Of a stretch of DNA of 64,000 bases, positions 8,865 to 18,956 are shown in pieces; position 1 is the stretch's first letter, and the number at the start of each line of letters is the position of its first letter. The notes under the pieces are model-generated. The model was given only the letters and a program-made list of their open reading frames with translations, was not told where the DNA came from and searched no databases. Source of the stretch: Candidatus Latescibacterota bacterium (lineage in GTDB: Bacteria > Latescibacterota > UBA2968 > UBA8231); the NCBI GenBank assembly GCA_965242865.1, contig CBDETK010000013.1:5376001-5440000 (forward strand). The letters are read 5' to 3'. A program made the translations under genes and the position numbers.

Positions 8865-9959
8865 CTAGCGGACTTTGCCGCGGCCGGCGATTTTCCAGAT
8901 CGCCTCTAGGCGACCCGCTCGCAGCGCGTAGAGGGCGTCGTGGAGATTGACGGTCGTGCAGCCGTGGCCAGGGATAAATTCGAGCAGGTCGCCCGGGCGG
9001 AGGTCGGTGCAGGGGCCGGATGCGGTCTGGAGGCGGCCGTGTTCTTCGGACAGGGCATGGCAAACTAGGTCGGGGCGGTCCTTGACGAGGGGGAAGCCGT
9101 GCTCAGGCGTCAGGCTCTTTAGGCCGGCGTCGGTGATGACCTGCTCGGGCGCGGGGCGGCTCGTAACGGTGGTTAGCACGCTGAGGGCGTTTTTGAAGCC
9201 CAAGCCGAGCTTGGCGTACGCCGCGTCCATCAGCGCGTACGAGCCGGCTTGGACCTCGGTAATGCCGTCGAAGGACGTGCTGACGTAGTAATCGCCCGTG
9301 CCCGAGGCGCTGCAAATCGGGCAGTCGAGCCCGGCGCGTTCCACTGCGTCGCGGGCATCAACGAGGCGCTGGAGGCAGGTGCGGGCGCCCGCGTCGCGGG
9401 CTTCTTGGTCTTCGAGGTCGATGACGTGGCCTTCGTAGCCCATTAGGCCGCAGAAACGGAGATGGGGGGCTTGGGCGGCTGCGCGGGCGAGCTCAACGGC
9501 TGCGGTGGGGGCGACGCCGCAGCGGTTGTGCCCGATGTTGACCTCCACGAGGACGCGGGGGCAGACCTTGTAGGCGCGAGCGGCCTCGTGCAGGTCGGCG
9601 AGGTTTTGCGGATCATCGACCGCGACCATGATGTCGCAACGAGCGGCCAACGCCATGAGACGCTCGATCTTGCGCCGGCCTACGACTTCATTGGCAATGA
9701 GGATGTCTTGGATGCCGGCGTCGGCCATGACCTCGGCTTCGCCGACCTTGGCGCAGGTGATCCCCTGGGCGCCGGCCGCGAGTTGGAGGTGGGCGATGGC
9801 CGGGGTTTTGTGCGACTTGGTGTGCGGCCGGAGGTTTTTGCCTGCCGTGCGGAAGTGCTCGGCGAGCCGGGCGATGTTGTATTCGAGCGCGTCGAGATCG
9901 ACCAAGAGGACGGGGGTGTCGATGGCGTCGCGGGTCATGCCGATGTGTTCGGTGGTCAT
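8865..9959 (-). CDS. DSD1-family PLP-dependent enzyme (D-threonine aldolase / D-serine dehydratase-like)
   Basis: TPVLLVDLD, LRPHTKSHK, GITCAKVGEAE, RCGV, YEGH, SEEHG, PGHGCTTVNL. Confidence 0.9.
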   Translation of the reverse strand: MTTEHIGMTRDAIDTPVLLVDLDALEYNIARLAEHFRTAGKNLRPHTKSHKTPAIAHLQLAAGAQGITCAKVGEAEVMADAGIQDILIANEVVGRRKIERLMALAARCDIMVAVDDPQNLADLHEAARAYKVCPRVLVEVNIGHNRCGVAPTAAVELARAAAQAPHLRFCGLMGYEGHVIDLEDQEARDAGARTCLQRLVDARDAVERAGLDCPICSASGTGDYYVSTSFDGITEVQAGSYALMDAAYAKLGLGFKNALSVLTTVTSRPAPEQVITDAGLKSLTPEHGFPLVKDRPDLVCHALSEEHGRLQTASGPCTDLRPGDLLEFIPGHGCTTVNLHDALYALRAGRLEAIWKIAGRGKVR

Positions 9960-10180
9960 AGTCGGGTCTTTGTGGGTTGAGTGGATATTGTTTGCGAATA
10001 AAGAAACCGCGTCGCCCGCTTCTCGTCCAGTGCTTGGGGGCGTAAGGTCAAAGGGCGGTAGAAGGGGGTGCGCTCGGCGCGGCTAACCCCGTTCAGCACA
10101 CGCGCCCCACAGTTGCATAAATGACGAAAATTTAATAAGATAGGATACGTCGTAACACTGTTTTCTACCGCTGGACTCCC

Positions 10181-11320
10181 ATGCTCATCGCCATTTTTTG
10201 GGCCGCTTTATTCCTCGTCGTCTATACCTATCTAATCTACCCGGTTTTGCTCTGGCTCTTGGCGGCCGGCCGCAAGAGGCCCGAGTACGCGCCGCTCGGG
10301 GAATGGCCCACGGCGTCGCTGATCATTGCCGCACACAACGAAGAAGCCGTATTGCGCGCCAAGCTAGAAAACGCGCTGGCCATGGATTACCCGGCCGAGC
10401 GGCTCGACATCATCGTCGTCTCAGACGCCTCGACCGATGGCACCGACCGCATTGCCGCCGAATTTGCCGCACGCGGGGTGCGCCTACACCGGCAGGAAGT
10501 CCGCCGCGGCAAGACCGAAGCGCAAAACGCGGGGGTGCGCTTGGCGCGAGGGCAGTTCCTCGCGTTCTCAGACGCCAACAGCATGTACGCGCCCAGTGCG
10601 CTCAAGCGGCTGTTGGCCCCCTTTGCCGACGAGCGGGTCGGCTGCGTCTGCGGCGAGCTGCAATACGCCAATCCAGCCGACCAAGGCGCCGGCAAGGGCG
10701 AAGGCCTGTACTGGCGCTACGAGCAATTTCTCAAGCGTCGCGAGAGCCTGCTCAGTTCTGCGCTGGGGGCCAATGGGGCCATTTACGCGCTTAGGCGCGA
10801 GCTGTTCGTCGAGCTGGGCGGCGACATTATCAGCGACTTTGTCGCGCCGCTGGGCGCATGGCGGCGCGGCTTTCGCATCGCGTACGAACCCAAGGCCGTT
10901 GCCACCGAGTGCAGCAGCGAGGGCTTTGGCGATGAGTTTCGCCGCCGCCGCCGCATTGTCTCGCGCTCGCTCTACGGGCTGTGGACCGAGGCCGGGGTGC
11001 TCAACCCGTGTGTGCACTTTTTTTTTGCGTTTCAGATGTTTTCCCACAAGCTGCTCCGCTGGCTCGTGCCGGTGTGGCTGTTGGTCGCACTCGCGGTCAA
11101 TGTCCCGTTGGCCACGAGCGAGTACTACGGCCTCTTGCTCGCGCTGCAAGTCGCTTTCTACGGCTTGGCCGCCTTGGGCCTTTTGTTGCCGGAGCGGCTC
11201 GGGCGGTATTGGCTCTTCTACGTGCCGGCCTATTTCGCCGCCACCAATGGGGGCACCTTGCTGGGGGTGCTGAGCTTCCTAACGGGTCGCCGCGACCGCG
11301 TCTGGCAGCCCGCGAGGTAG
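10181..11320 (+). CDS. Glycosyltransferase family 2, membrane-bound
   Basis: IIAAHNEE, VSDASTDGT, FSDAN, GANGAIYA, SDF, SHKLLRW; terminal TM helices. Confidence 0.92.
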   Translation: MLIAIFWAALFLVVYTYLIYPVLLWLLAAGRKRPEYAPLGEWPTASLIIAAHNEEAVLRAKLENALAMDYPAERLDIIVVSDASTDGTDRIAAEFAARGVRLHRQEVRRGKTEAQNAGVRLARGQFLAFSDANSMYAPSALKRLLAPFADERVGCVCGELQYANPADQGAGKGEGLYWRYEQFLKRRESLLSSALGANGAIYALRRELFVELGGDIISDFVAPLGAWRRGFRIAYEPKAVATECSSEGFGDEFRRRRRIVSRSLYGLWTEAGVLNPCVHFFFAFQMFSHKLLRWLVPVWLLVALAVNVPLATSEYYGLLLALQVAFYGLAALGLLLPERLGRYWLFYVPAYFAATNGGTLLGVLSFLTGRRDRVWQPAR

Positions 11321-11327
11321 AGCGTTT

Positions 11328-12782
11328 ATGTCGCGCCTAAAACGCATCGTCCTGCTGCTGTTGAGCGACATCGCAGCCGTCAGTTTGGCGTCGGTTTTCT
11401 TTGTGTGGATGAAGTTGGCTGGCGGCGGGCTGGAGATCGTCCGCCACAACTACGAGCGGCTCTACCCCGACGCTGCGGGCGGGCCGACCTTCTGGTATGC
11501 GCTGGGCTATTACTCGGATGTGTTGCCGCTGATAAGCGGCTGCTGGCTGCTGCTGTTCCTGTTCTTTGGCTTCTATCAATCCTCGCCTTCTCGCTCGCGC
11601 TTTGACGAAATTTTCGAGGTCGCCAAGGTCGTCACCTTGGGCCTTTTGCTGGCCATGGTCGCCACCTTTGACCGCGACATCCGCCTGACGCGGTTGCTGG
11701 TCTTGTTCTACTGGCTGGGCATGGTCGCGCTGGTGGCGGGCGGGCGGGTGCTGGTGCGCAGCTTTGAGCGGCAGCTCTTGCTGCGCGGCATTGGCCTCCG
11801 GCGCACGGCCATCGTGGGCGTGAATGCGCGCGGCCTGCGGCTTTTGCATGCGCTGCACACCTCGCCGGCGCAGGGATACGAGATTGTGGGCTTTGTGCGG
11901 GCGTGCGGCGAGAAAGCAAGCGGGCCGATCGACGGCCTGCCCGTGCTCGGCGAGGTCCGCGAGCTGCGAGCCATCCTCGAGCCCGAAGGCATTGAGGCCG
12001 TGCTCATCGCCTTGCAATCCAATTCGCACGAAGAGATCATGCAGATCGTCGAGGAGGCCGAGGGGTTGCCGGTCTCCTTCGGCATCACGCCCGACCTGTA
12101 CGACATTGTGACCGGCCACGTGCGCACGATGCAGATTTACGGCGTGCCCTTGATGGAGCTCAAGCCCGAGTTGATGCCGGCTTGGCAGCGGACGGTCAAG
12201 CGGCTGATCGACGTAGTGGTGGCGGCCGGCGTGCTCGCGGGGTTGGCCCCGTTGTGGCTGGTAGTGGCCGCGGCGATTAAGCTGACCTCCAAGGGGCCGG
12301 TGTTCTTCCGCCAAGAGCGCGTCGGCGAGGGCGGCCAGCCCTTTTCGATGCTCAAATTTCGCTCGATGTACGTGGATGCCGAGGAACAGACCGGCCCGGT
12401 GTGGGCCACGGGGGCGGATCCCCGGGTGACCCCGGTGGGTCGGGTGTTGCGCGCCCTGCACTTAGACGAAATTCCCCAGTGCCTCAACTTCCTGCGCGGC
12501 GACATGAGCTTGGTCGGCCCCCGGCCCGAGCGCCCGTTTTTCGTCGAGCAGTTCAAGAAGCAGATTCCCTTGTACATGCGGCGCTTTAACGTCAAGCCCG
12601 GCCTGTTGGGCTGGGCCCAGTCCAAGCACGAGTTCGATCTCGATTCCAAGGATGTGGTGGGCATTGCCCGCGAGCGGCTGGAGTACGATTTCTACTACAT
12701 CGAGAACATGTCGCTCAAGCTCGACTTCAAGATCATGCTGCAAACGGTGTGGTTCGTGCTGACGGGCAAGAGCACGCGCTGA
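11328..12782 (+). CDS. Polyprenyl-phosphate sugar phosphotransferase (WcaJ/WbaP-like)
   Basis: KRLIDVV, FRQERVG, KFRSMY, DPRVT, LDEIPQ, GDMSLVGPRPERP, VKPG. Confidence 0.93.
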   Translation: MSRLKRIVLLLLSDIAAVSLASVFFVWMKLAGGGLEIVRHNYERLYPDAAGGPTFWYALGYYSDVLPLISGCWLLLFLFFGFYQSSPSRSRFDEIFEVAKVVTLGLLLAMVATFDRDIRLTRLLVLFYWLGMVALVAGGRVLVRSFERQLLLRGIGLRRTAIVGVNARGLRLLHALHTSPAQGYEIVGFVRACGEKASGPIDGLPVLGEVRELRAILEPEGIEAVLIALQSNSHEEIMQIVEEAEGLPVSFGITPDLYDIVTGHVRTMQIYGVPLMELKPELMPAWQRTVKRLIDVVVAAGVLAGLAPLWLVVAAAIKLTSKGPVFFRQERVGEGGQPFSMLKFRSMYVDAEEQTGPVWATGADPRVTPVGRVLRALHLDEIPQCLNFLRGDMSLVGPRPERPFFVEQFKKQIPLYMRRFNVKPGLLGWAQSKHEFDLDSKDVVGIARERLEYDFYYIENMSLKLDFKIMLQTVWFVLTGKSTR

Positions 12783-12813
12783 CCTACCCCGCGGACGAGC
12801 GTTGATGAGGAGC

Positions 12814-12840
12814 TTGACCGCGTCACCCGTTTGCGGTCAA
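12814..12840 (+). promoter_or_regulatory. Palindromic operator over the -35 region of vapBC
   Basis: TTGACCGC-N11-GCGGTCAA just upstream of vapB. Confidence 0.45.
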
Positions 12841-12874
12841 TTTATGTGTAACGATATGTGTCGGAGGTAACACA

Positions 12875-13075
12875 ATGGCGACCAACTTGGCGATAGACCC
12901 CAAGCTGCTCGATAAAGCACTCGAAGTCGGCGGCGAGAAGACGAAGAAGGCGACCGTCAACCGGGCCTTGCGGGAGTTCGTTGCGCGCCGAGAGCAGGAA
13001 CGGCTCTTGGAGCTTTTTGGCAAATTCGACTGGGACGATGGCTTTGACTACAAACGAGAACGGAGTCGTGGATGA
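12875..13075 (+). CDS. vapB: VapB-family antitoxin
   Basis: MATNLAIDPKLL..AL.VGG.KTKKATVNRALREFV; ATGA overlap with the PIN gene. Confidence 0.9.
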   Translation: MATNLAIDPKLLDKALEVGGEKTKKATVNRALREFVARREQERLLELFGKFDWDDGFDYKRERSRG

Positions 13076-13479
13076 GGCTATTTGTGGACACGAGCGTCTG
13101 GTCGCTGGCCTTGCGACGAGACGCGGTGCCCGAAGTGCCCGAAGTCCAGTGTCTGCGGGAGGCACTCAGTAGTGGCGAATTGATTTACACAACCGGAATC
13201 GTTTTGCAGGAGTTGTTGCAAGGCTTTCGAGGGCCGAAAGCCAAAACGCGGATCGTCGAACGGTTCGGGGCACTCCCCCTGATCGCGCCCGTGTGTGAAG
13301 ACTACATTGACGCAGCCGAGTTGCACAACGAATGCCGCCGGCATGGCATTCAGGTCGGAACCATCGACGCGCTACTCGCCCAGATCTGCATTCGTCATAA
13401 GCTAACTATGTTGACGAACGACCTCGATTTCAGCCAGATGACAAAGTGGACGCCGCTTCAACTCTGGCGCGCCCGATGA
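13072..13479 (+). CDS. vapC: VapC PIN-domain ribonuclease toxin
   Basis: FVDTSVW, VLQELLQG, TIDALLAQ, TNDLDF acidic PIN residues. Confidence 0.92.
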   Translation: MRLFVDTSVWSLALRRDAVPEVPEVQCLREALSSGELIYTTGIVLQELLQGFRGPKAKTRIVERFGALPLIAPVCEDYIDAAELHNECRRHGIQVGTIDALLAQICIRHKLTMLTNDLDFSQMTKWTPLQLWRAR

Positions 13480-13521
13480 TTCCACAGGATGCTCCGGTGT
13501 CGGGGTGGATGAGATTCGTAT

Positions 13522-14295
13522 TCACGACCCGCGCGGATTGGCGCGCAGGGTTTTGAGGTGGCTGTCGAGGACTTGGACGCCGTAGCGCAGGGCGTTGCCG
13601 ACGTTGAGGAAGCGATACCCCCAGCGAACTTTTTCTTGAATCTGATCTAATTCCGACAGCGTAGTGCCCACGGCAATCTCGGTGTCGGCTAGCCGCTGCG
13701 GCACGGCGCGCATGATTTCCTGCACCGCCCGCGACTCGGTGTTGGTGATCGTCCCCACAGTGGCGGACAGGTCCAACGGGCCGACGAAAAGCACGTCAAT
13801 GCCGGGAACGCGCTTGATTTCGTCCAAGTTGTCGTAGGCCCGCTGGCTTTCTAGCTGGAGGACGACGAGCGTCTCTGCGTTGGCGGTTTTGATGACCTCG
13901 TTCCAGTCCGCGCCGGCGATTTGGGTCCACATGGGCGACAGCCCGCGCCGGCCTTCGGGTGCGTAGCGGGCGGCCTCGACCGCGGCGGCCGCTTCCGCCG
14001 CCGTATCAACTTGGGGCACCATCACGGCCACTGCGCCCGCATCGTACGCCTTTTTGATCAGGGCCGGATCGTTCCACGCAACGCGCACCATGGGCGCGAC
14101 GCCGCGCAGCCGCGCCAGTACCAAAATGGAGTCGAGGGCTTCGGTGGCGTGGGGCATGTGCTCGGTGTCGGCCCAGAGGAAATCGGGCCCCGTGTCGAGG
14201 ACCGACCCAGCTACGTGTGGGGTGGGGGCCGGCAGGCTGGTGCCGAAGACGAGTTCGCCGCGGCGCAGCCGCGCTTTTAGGTCGTTGGGATACAT
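13522..14295 (-). CDS. HpcH/HpaI aldolase family protein
   Basis: DTEH, PMVRV, DAGA..VMVPQV, LQLES, FVGPLDLS. Confidence 0.9.
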   Translation of the reverse strand: MYPNDLKARLRRGELVFGTSLPAPTPHVAGSVLDTGPDFLWADTEHMPHATEALDSILVLARLRGVAPMVRVAWNDPALIKKAYDAGAVAVMVPQVDTAAEAAAAVEAARYAPEGRRGLSPMWTQIAGADWNEVIKTANAETLVVLQLESQRAYDNLDEIKRVPGIDVLFVGPLDLSATVGTITNTESRAVQEIMRAVPQRLADTEIAVGTTLSELDQIQEKVRWGYRFLNVGNALRYGVQVLDSHLKTLRANPRGS

Positions 14296-14313
14296 AGGAT
14301 AGCTCCGTTGGCG

Positions 14314-15123
14314 TTAGCCGTACAGCGAGTAGAAGATGGCGCCGCCGAGCAGGATGCGATAGACGGCAAACGAGTGGGTTCCGCGGCGTTGGAGGAAGCG
14401 GAGGAGGAATCCGATGGACAGGTAGCCGCTCCCGGCCGCGGCCAACACTCCGACCCCCAAACTCAGCAGCCCGGTGCTGCCTAGGCCCCCGTTGAGCAGG
14501 GCGAACAATTGCAGGAGGCCACTGGCGCCAATGGCCGGCAGGCCGAGCAAAAAGGAAAAACGGGCGGCGTCTGGGCGCTGGAGGCCGACGAAGAGCCCGC
14601 CCATGATGGTCGAACCAGACCGCGAACACCCGGGAATCAGGGCGAGGGCTTGGCACAGGCCAATGAACTGAATCGACCAGAAGCCGAGCTCCTGCATAGT
14701 GCGCTCGCGCCGCCCCACGCGCTCGGCTAGCAGCAAAAACAGCGCGAGGACGATCAAGCTCGCGGCGATGAGGGGCAACTGGCGCGCCTCGGTCTCGATA
14801 AAGTCGCGGCCCCCGAGGCCGAGCACGGCAATGGGCACGGTGCCCGCGGCAATGGACCAAGCCATGCGGCAGTCTGCGCTGTGGTTGAAGTTGCGCTGGA
14901 TCGCCCCTTGCAGCGCGGCAACGGTCAGCCTTTTGACATCGCTCGTAAAATACGCGAATACGGCCGCCAGCGTCCCCAGTTGGATCACCGCGGAAAACGC
15001 CGCGCCCGGGTCGCCCCAGCCGAGGAAGTGGGGCACCACCCGCAGGTGGGCTGTGCTGCTGATGGGCAGGAATTCGGTTAGTCCTTGAACTACGCCCAAG
15101 ATGAGTGCTTGTAGCCAGTGCAT
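14314..15123 (-). CDS. uppP: Undecaprenyl-diphosphate phosphatase
   Basis: GVVQGLTEFLPISSTAHL, IQLGT, PGCSRSGSTI, AARFSFLL; start ATG 15123. Confidence 0.95.
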   Translation of the reverse strand: MHWLQALILGVVQGLTEFLPISSTAHLRVVPHFLGWGDPGAAFSAVIQLGTLAAVFAYFTSDVKRLTVAALQGAIQRNFNHSADCRMAWSIAAGTVPIAVLGLGGRDFIETEARQLPLIAASLIVLALFLLLAERVGRRERTMQELGFWSIQFIGLCQALALIPGCSRSGSTIMGGLFVGLQRPDAARFSFLLGLPAIGASGLLQLFALLNGGLGSTGLLSLGVGVLAAAGSGYLSIGFLLRFLQRRGTHSFAVYRILLGGAIFYSLYG

Positions 15124-15175
15124 GGGAGGGGTTAAGCTAACCGCAGCCGCCCGCCCGGACAAGGAGGCGCGTCCC

Positions 15176-15205
15176 TTGACAAAAACGCGGGCCGCTGTGC
15201 AGAAT
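15176..15205 (+). promoter_or_regulatory. Sigma70-like promoter of the dehydratase-ackA operon
   Basis: TTGACA-N18-CAGAAT, then an AAGGAG RBS. Confidence 0.45.
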
Positions 15206-15240
15206 ACCCCCTGATTTTCACCGCCAACTAAGGAGACATC

Positions 15241-16440
15241 ATGCCCGTTCTGATCAAAGACCTCCAAGTCATTCTCACCCAACCGGCCGGCTCCCGCTTG
15301 GTCATCGTCAAAATCATCACGTCGGACGACGGCTTGTACGGACTCGGTTGCGCCACCTTTACCCAGCGCTTCCACGCCGTGCATGCGGCCCTGGACCAGC
15401 ATCTCAAGCCCTTCCTCATTGGCCGCGACGTCGACCGCATTGAGGAGACTTGGCAGATGTTGATGGTCAACGGCTATTGGCGCAACGGCCCGGTGCTCAA
15501 CAACGCCATCTCTGGCGTGGATCAGGCGTTGTGGGACATCAAGGGCAAGCGGGCCGGGATGCCGCTCTATCAGCTTTTGGGCGGCAAGTGCCGCGAGGGG
15601 GCCGCGGTGTACGGCCACGCCGGCGGCGATACGCCCGAGGCCGTCGTCGATAGCATCCGCCAGTTCCAAGAGCAGGGCTATCGCTACATCCGCTGCCAGA
15701 TGGGCGGCTACGGCGGCAAGGCCTCGACCTTGGTCAAGCCCGAGGGCGCACCCGAAGGCGCGTACTACAATCGCAAAGAGTATATGATGAACCACCTGCG
15801 GATGTTCGAGCACATCCGCGCCGAACTGGGCTTTGAGGTCGAGCTGCTGCACGACATCCACGAGCGGCTACACCCGATTGAGGCGGTGGGCTTTGCCAAG
15901 GACGTGGAGGAGTTCAAGCTGTTCTTCTTGGAGGACGCGCTCGCGCCCGAAGACATCGAGTGGTTCCGCCCCATCCGCCAGCAATGCGCCACGCCGCAGG
16001 CCATGGGCGAGTTGTTCAACCATCCGCACGAGTGGACGCCGCTCATCGAGGGGCGATTGATCGACTTTATGCGGATGCACGTCAGCCAGATGGGCGGGAT
16101 TACGCCGGCGCGCAATGTGGCGGCCTTCGGGCAGATGTACGGAGTGCGCACGGCTTGGCACGGCCCGGGCGACACCTCGCCGGTGGGGCACGCGGCCAAC
16201 CTGCACTTGGACTTGTGGGCCCCCAACTTCGGGATCCAAGAGTGGTGCCGGTTCCCGGAGCACGTGTACGAAATCTTCCCGGGGCTGCCCGAGGTGCGCA
16301 ACGGGTACATGTATCCGAGCGACGGACCGGGGTTGGGCATTGACATCGACGAGGATTTGGCGGCCCAATACCCTTGTGCGGACGAGGTCATTGGGTGGAC
16401 GCAGACGCGCTTGCCCGACGGCAGCCCGGCCCGGCCCTAA
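15241..16440 (+). CDS. Mandelate racemase/enolase superfamily sugar-acid dehydratase (RspA/ManD-like)
   Basis: YWRNGPVLNNAISGVDQALWDIKGK, LLHDIHERL, FFLED, AMGELF, AWHGPGD. Confidence 0.92.
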   Translation: MPVLIKDLQVILTQPAGSRLVIVKIITSDDGLYGLGCATFTQRFHAVHAALDQHLKPFLIGRDVDRIEETWQMLMVNGYWRNGPVLNNAISGVDQALWDIKGKRAGMPLYQLLGGKCREGAAVYGHAGGDTPEAVVDSIRQFQEQGYRYIRCQMGGYGGKASTLVKPEGAPEGAYYNRKEYMMNHLRMFEHIRAELGFEVELLHDIHERLHPIEAVGFAKDVEEFKLFFLEDALAPEDIEWFRPIRQQCATPQAMGELFNHPHEWTPLIEGRLIDFMRMHVSQMGGITPARNVAAFGQMYGVRTAWHGPGDTSPVGHAANLHLDLWAPNFGIQEWCRFPEHVYEIFPGLPEVRNGYMYPSDGPGLGIDIDEDLAAQYPCADEVIGWTQTRLPDGSPARP

Positions 16441-17630
16441 TGAAGATCCTAGTCGCCAATTTGGGCAGCACCTCGTTTAAGTACAAGGTCTTTGCCATGC
16501 CCGCAGAAGGGGTCTTGGCGCGGGGCGGCATGGACCGGATCGGCGGGCAAGGCTCGGTCCACACCTTCCAGATCGGCGGGGCCGACGCGGTCGAGCAAGC
16601 CGTGGATTTGCCCGACCACGCCGGCGCGATTGACGAGGCCCTCGCCCGCTTGGCCGAGGGCGGGGTGTTGGAATCGGTGGAGGCGTTAGGCGCGGTGGGG
16701 TTTAAGGCTGTCCACGCCCGCGCTATTTCTGGGGTGGTCGAGCTCGACGCGGATGTGGTCCGGCGGATGGAGGACTTTTACCCGCTGGCACCGGCGCACA
16801 ATCCCGCTTATGTCGCGGCGATCCGGCAGTTTGCGCGGGTGGCCCCCAAGGCGCGGCGGGTCGGGTGCTTTGAGACGGCGTTCCACAGCGCGATGCCGCC
16901 GCGGCGCAAGCTGTACGCCGTGCCCTACGCTTGGTACGAACAGTACGGCATCCAGCGCTACGGCTTCCACGGGGCCAGCCACCGCTACGCCGCAGAGAAG
17001 GTCGCTGAACTGGCCGGCCGCGCCGATCTCAAGCACGTCAACCTGCACTTGGGCGGGTCCTCGTCCGTGTGTGCGATAAAGGACGGAGTCTCGCAGGGGG
17101 CGTCGCACGGGCTTAGCCCGCAGGGCGGCCTGCCGCAAAACAACCGCATTGGCGACTTGGACCCGTACGCGCTGGACTTGGTGATGCGCAACGAGGGCCG
17201 GCCGTGGGACGAGGTGTTGGCGCAGTGTGCCAGCGAGGGCGGCCTGTGGGGATTATGCGGGCACAGCGACATGCGCGACATTGAAGCGGGCGCGGCCAGC
17301 GGCGACGAGCGCTGTGCCTTGGCCATTGCCGTGCTGGCGACGTCGGCGCGCGACTGGCTGGGGGGGTTTGTGGTGGAACTGGGCGGACTGGACGCGATCA
17401 GCTTTACCGGCGGCATGGGCGAGCACTCGGCGGTCGTGCGCGGCGAAATCCTGCGCGACTTGGAATTTTTGGGGGTGGTGCTGGATGCGGCCAAAAATGA
17501 GAACGTCCGGGGCGAGGGCCGCTTACACGCCGCGGCGAGCCGCGTGCAGATCCACGCGCTACGCACCGACGAGGAGCTGGTGGTGGCGCGGCAGACGTGG
17601 GAGTTTTTGCGGGGGACGAGGGAAGCGTAG
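16440..17630 (+). CDS. ackA: Acetate/propionate kinase
   Basis: MKILVANLGSTSFKY, APAHNP, FETAFH, RYGFHGASH, HLGGSSS, FTGGMGE, TDEE. Confidence 0.92.
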   Translation: MKILVANLGSTSFKYKVFAMPAEGVLARGGMDRIGGQGSVHTFQIGGADAVEQAVDLPDHAGAIDEALARLAEGGVLESVEALGAVGFKAVHARAISGVVELDADVVRRMEDFYPLAPAHNPAYVAAIRQFARVAPKARRVGCFETAFHSAMPPRRKLYAVPYAWYEQYGIQRYGFHGASHRYAAEKVAELAGRADLKHVNLHLGGSSSVCAIKDGVSQGASHGLSPQGGLPQNNRIGDLDPYALDLVMRNEGRPWDEVLAQCASEGGLWGLCGHSDMRDIEAGAASGDERCALAIAVLATSARDWLGGFVVELGGLDAISFTGGMGEHSAVVRGEILRDLEFLGVVLDAAKNENVRGEGRLHAAASRVQIHALRTDEELVVARQTWEFLRGTREA

Positions 17631-17663
17631 CGGCGGTTGCTGCAAGATAAAGGAGGTGTGCTT

Positions 17664-18956
17664 GTGAAGCTGAAATCTGTGGACATTGAAAACTACCGCG
17701 CCATTGAGCAGATCTCGTTGACGCTCGACCCGTCGCTGACGGTGTTGCACGGCAGCAATGGGTGCGGCAAGACGAGCGTTTTGAGCGCGATTGCGGTGGG
17801 GTTGGGGAGTGAGGGTCTGCTCGGATCATTTCTCGATACATTCATTGATTTTTGCGAGGGGGATTGGCGCGAGGACGCTGGGGAGCCGCGGGTATCACTC
17901 ACTGACATGAACGAAAATGTTTGGGACCGACAAGGGACTAGGTCGGTGGTTGAGCGGGAGAGGATGGAGCAATGGAGGTTGAGCCACCGGGAGCGTCTGG
18001 AGAAGGGACTAGTAGAGAACAGCCATGCAGAGAAGAACGATATGCCGATTGGTGTCCTTTATGGTACGGATCGGACGGTCTCAGGTATGCCGGAATCAGT
18101 GCTGCGTCATCCACCACCACGCCTAGTTCCTCGGTTAGACGCGCTGAAGGGGGCACTCGCCGCTCGCACGAACTTTGAAGGTCTCCTGACTTGGTTCTAT
18201 TTCAAGGAGATAGAGGAGTTGAGGAAACGGAGTGCCCTCCGCGATTTAGATTATCAGTTAAAGGATGTATCTGTGGTTCGCCAAGCGATCACGTCCATGC
18301 TCCCAGAAGTGTCCGATCTGCGTACCGAGTCGAATCCGCTCCGTTTTGTGGTGTCTGTTAGATCGGAGCAGGGACAGGTAGAAAGGCTCTCGCTTGACCA
18401 ATTGAGCGGCGGCTATCGCATTATGCTGGCACTGGCGGCCGATCTGGCGCGGCGGATGGTGCAGAGCAATCCGCACTTGGACGATCCGCTCAAATCCGAG
18501 GCGATTGTGCTAATTGACGAAATAGAGCTACACCTGCATCCGGCTTGGCAGCAACGCATTTTGGCCGATCTGCGGCGGACGTTCCCCAACGCGCAGTTTA
18601 TCGTCTCTACCCACAGCCCGCAGGTGCTGACTACGGTCGAGCCGCAACGCATTGTGGAGCTTGTGCGCGAAGGCGACCGCATTATTGCCGGGGCACCGGC
18701 AGGGGCGACTTATGGGGCCGAGGCGGGGGATGTGCTTTCGGTGGTGATGGGCGTGAAAGAACGGCCCGAGAACGAGTTCACCAAAGCACTGGAACAATAT
18801 CGGCGTCTGGTCAGCGAGGGTGAGGGAGAGTCCGAAGAAGCCTTGATGCTCAGGAGTAAGCTCGAAAAGCTCTCGCCCCGCGATTACGCTCTTACCAGAG
18901 CCAAGCTCGAAATCCGGCGACGCAAGCTATTCAAGCAGATGGCCGAGTCGCAGTGA
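17664..18956 (+). CDS. ABC/SMC-type ATPase, PtuA-like (Septu / retron effector)
   Basis: Walker A GSNGCGKT, signature LSGGYR, Walker B LIDEIELHLHPAWQ, STHSP; AGGAGG RBS before GTG 17664. Confidence 0.85.
   Translation: MKLKSVDIENYRAIEQISLTLDPSLTVLHGSNGCGKTSVLSAIAVGLGSEGLLGSFLDTFIDFCEGDWREDAGEPRVSLTDMNENVWDRQGTRSVVERERMEQWRLSHRERLEKGLVENSHAEKNDMPIGVLYGTDRTVSGMPESVLRHPPPRLVPRLDALKGALAARTNFEGLLTWFYFKEIEELRKRSALRDLDYQLKDVSVVRQAITSMLPEVSDLRTESNPLRFVVSVRSEQGQVERLSLDQLSGGYRIMLALAADLARRMVQSNPHLDDPLKSEAIVLIDEIELHLHPAWQQRILADLRRTFPNAQFIVSTHSPQVLTTVEPQRIVELVREGDRIIAGAPAGATYGAEAGDVLSVVMGVKERPENEFTKALEQYRRLVSEGEGESEEALMLRSKLEKLSPRDYALTRAKLEIRRRKLFKQMAESQ

Noticed and set aside
15124-15861. Long N-terminal extension of UppP in the ORF track
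   Set aside because: Antisense shadow of the dehydratase gene; UppP homology starts at 15123
17631-17663. Retron ncRNA upstream of the PtuAB-like genes
   Set aside because: Only about 30 bp are available and there is no RT gene nearby
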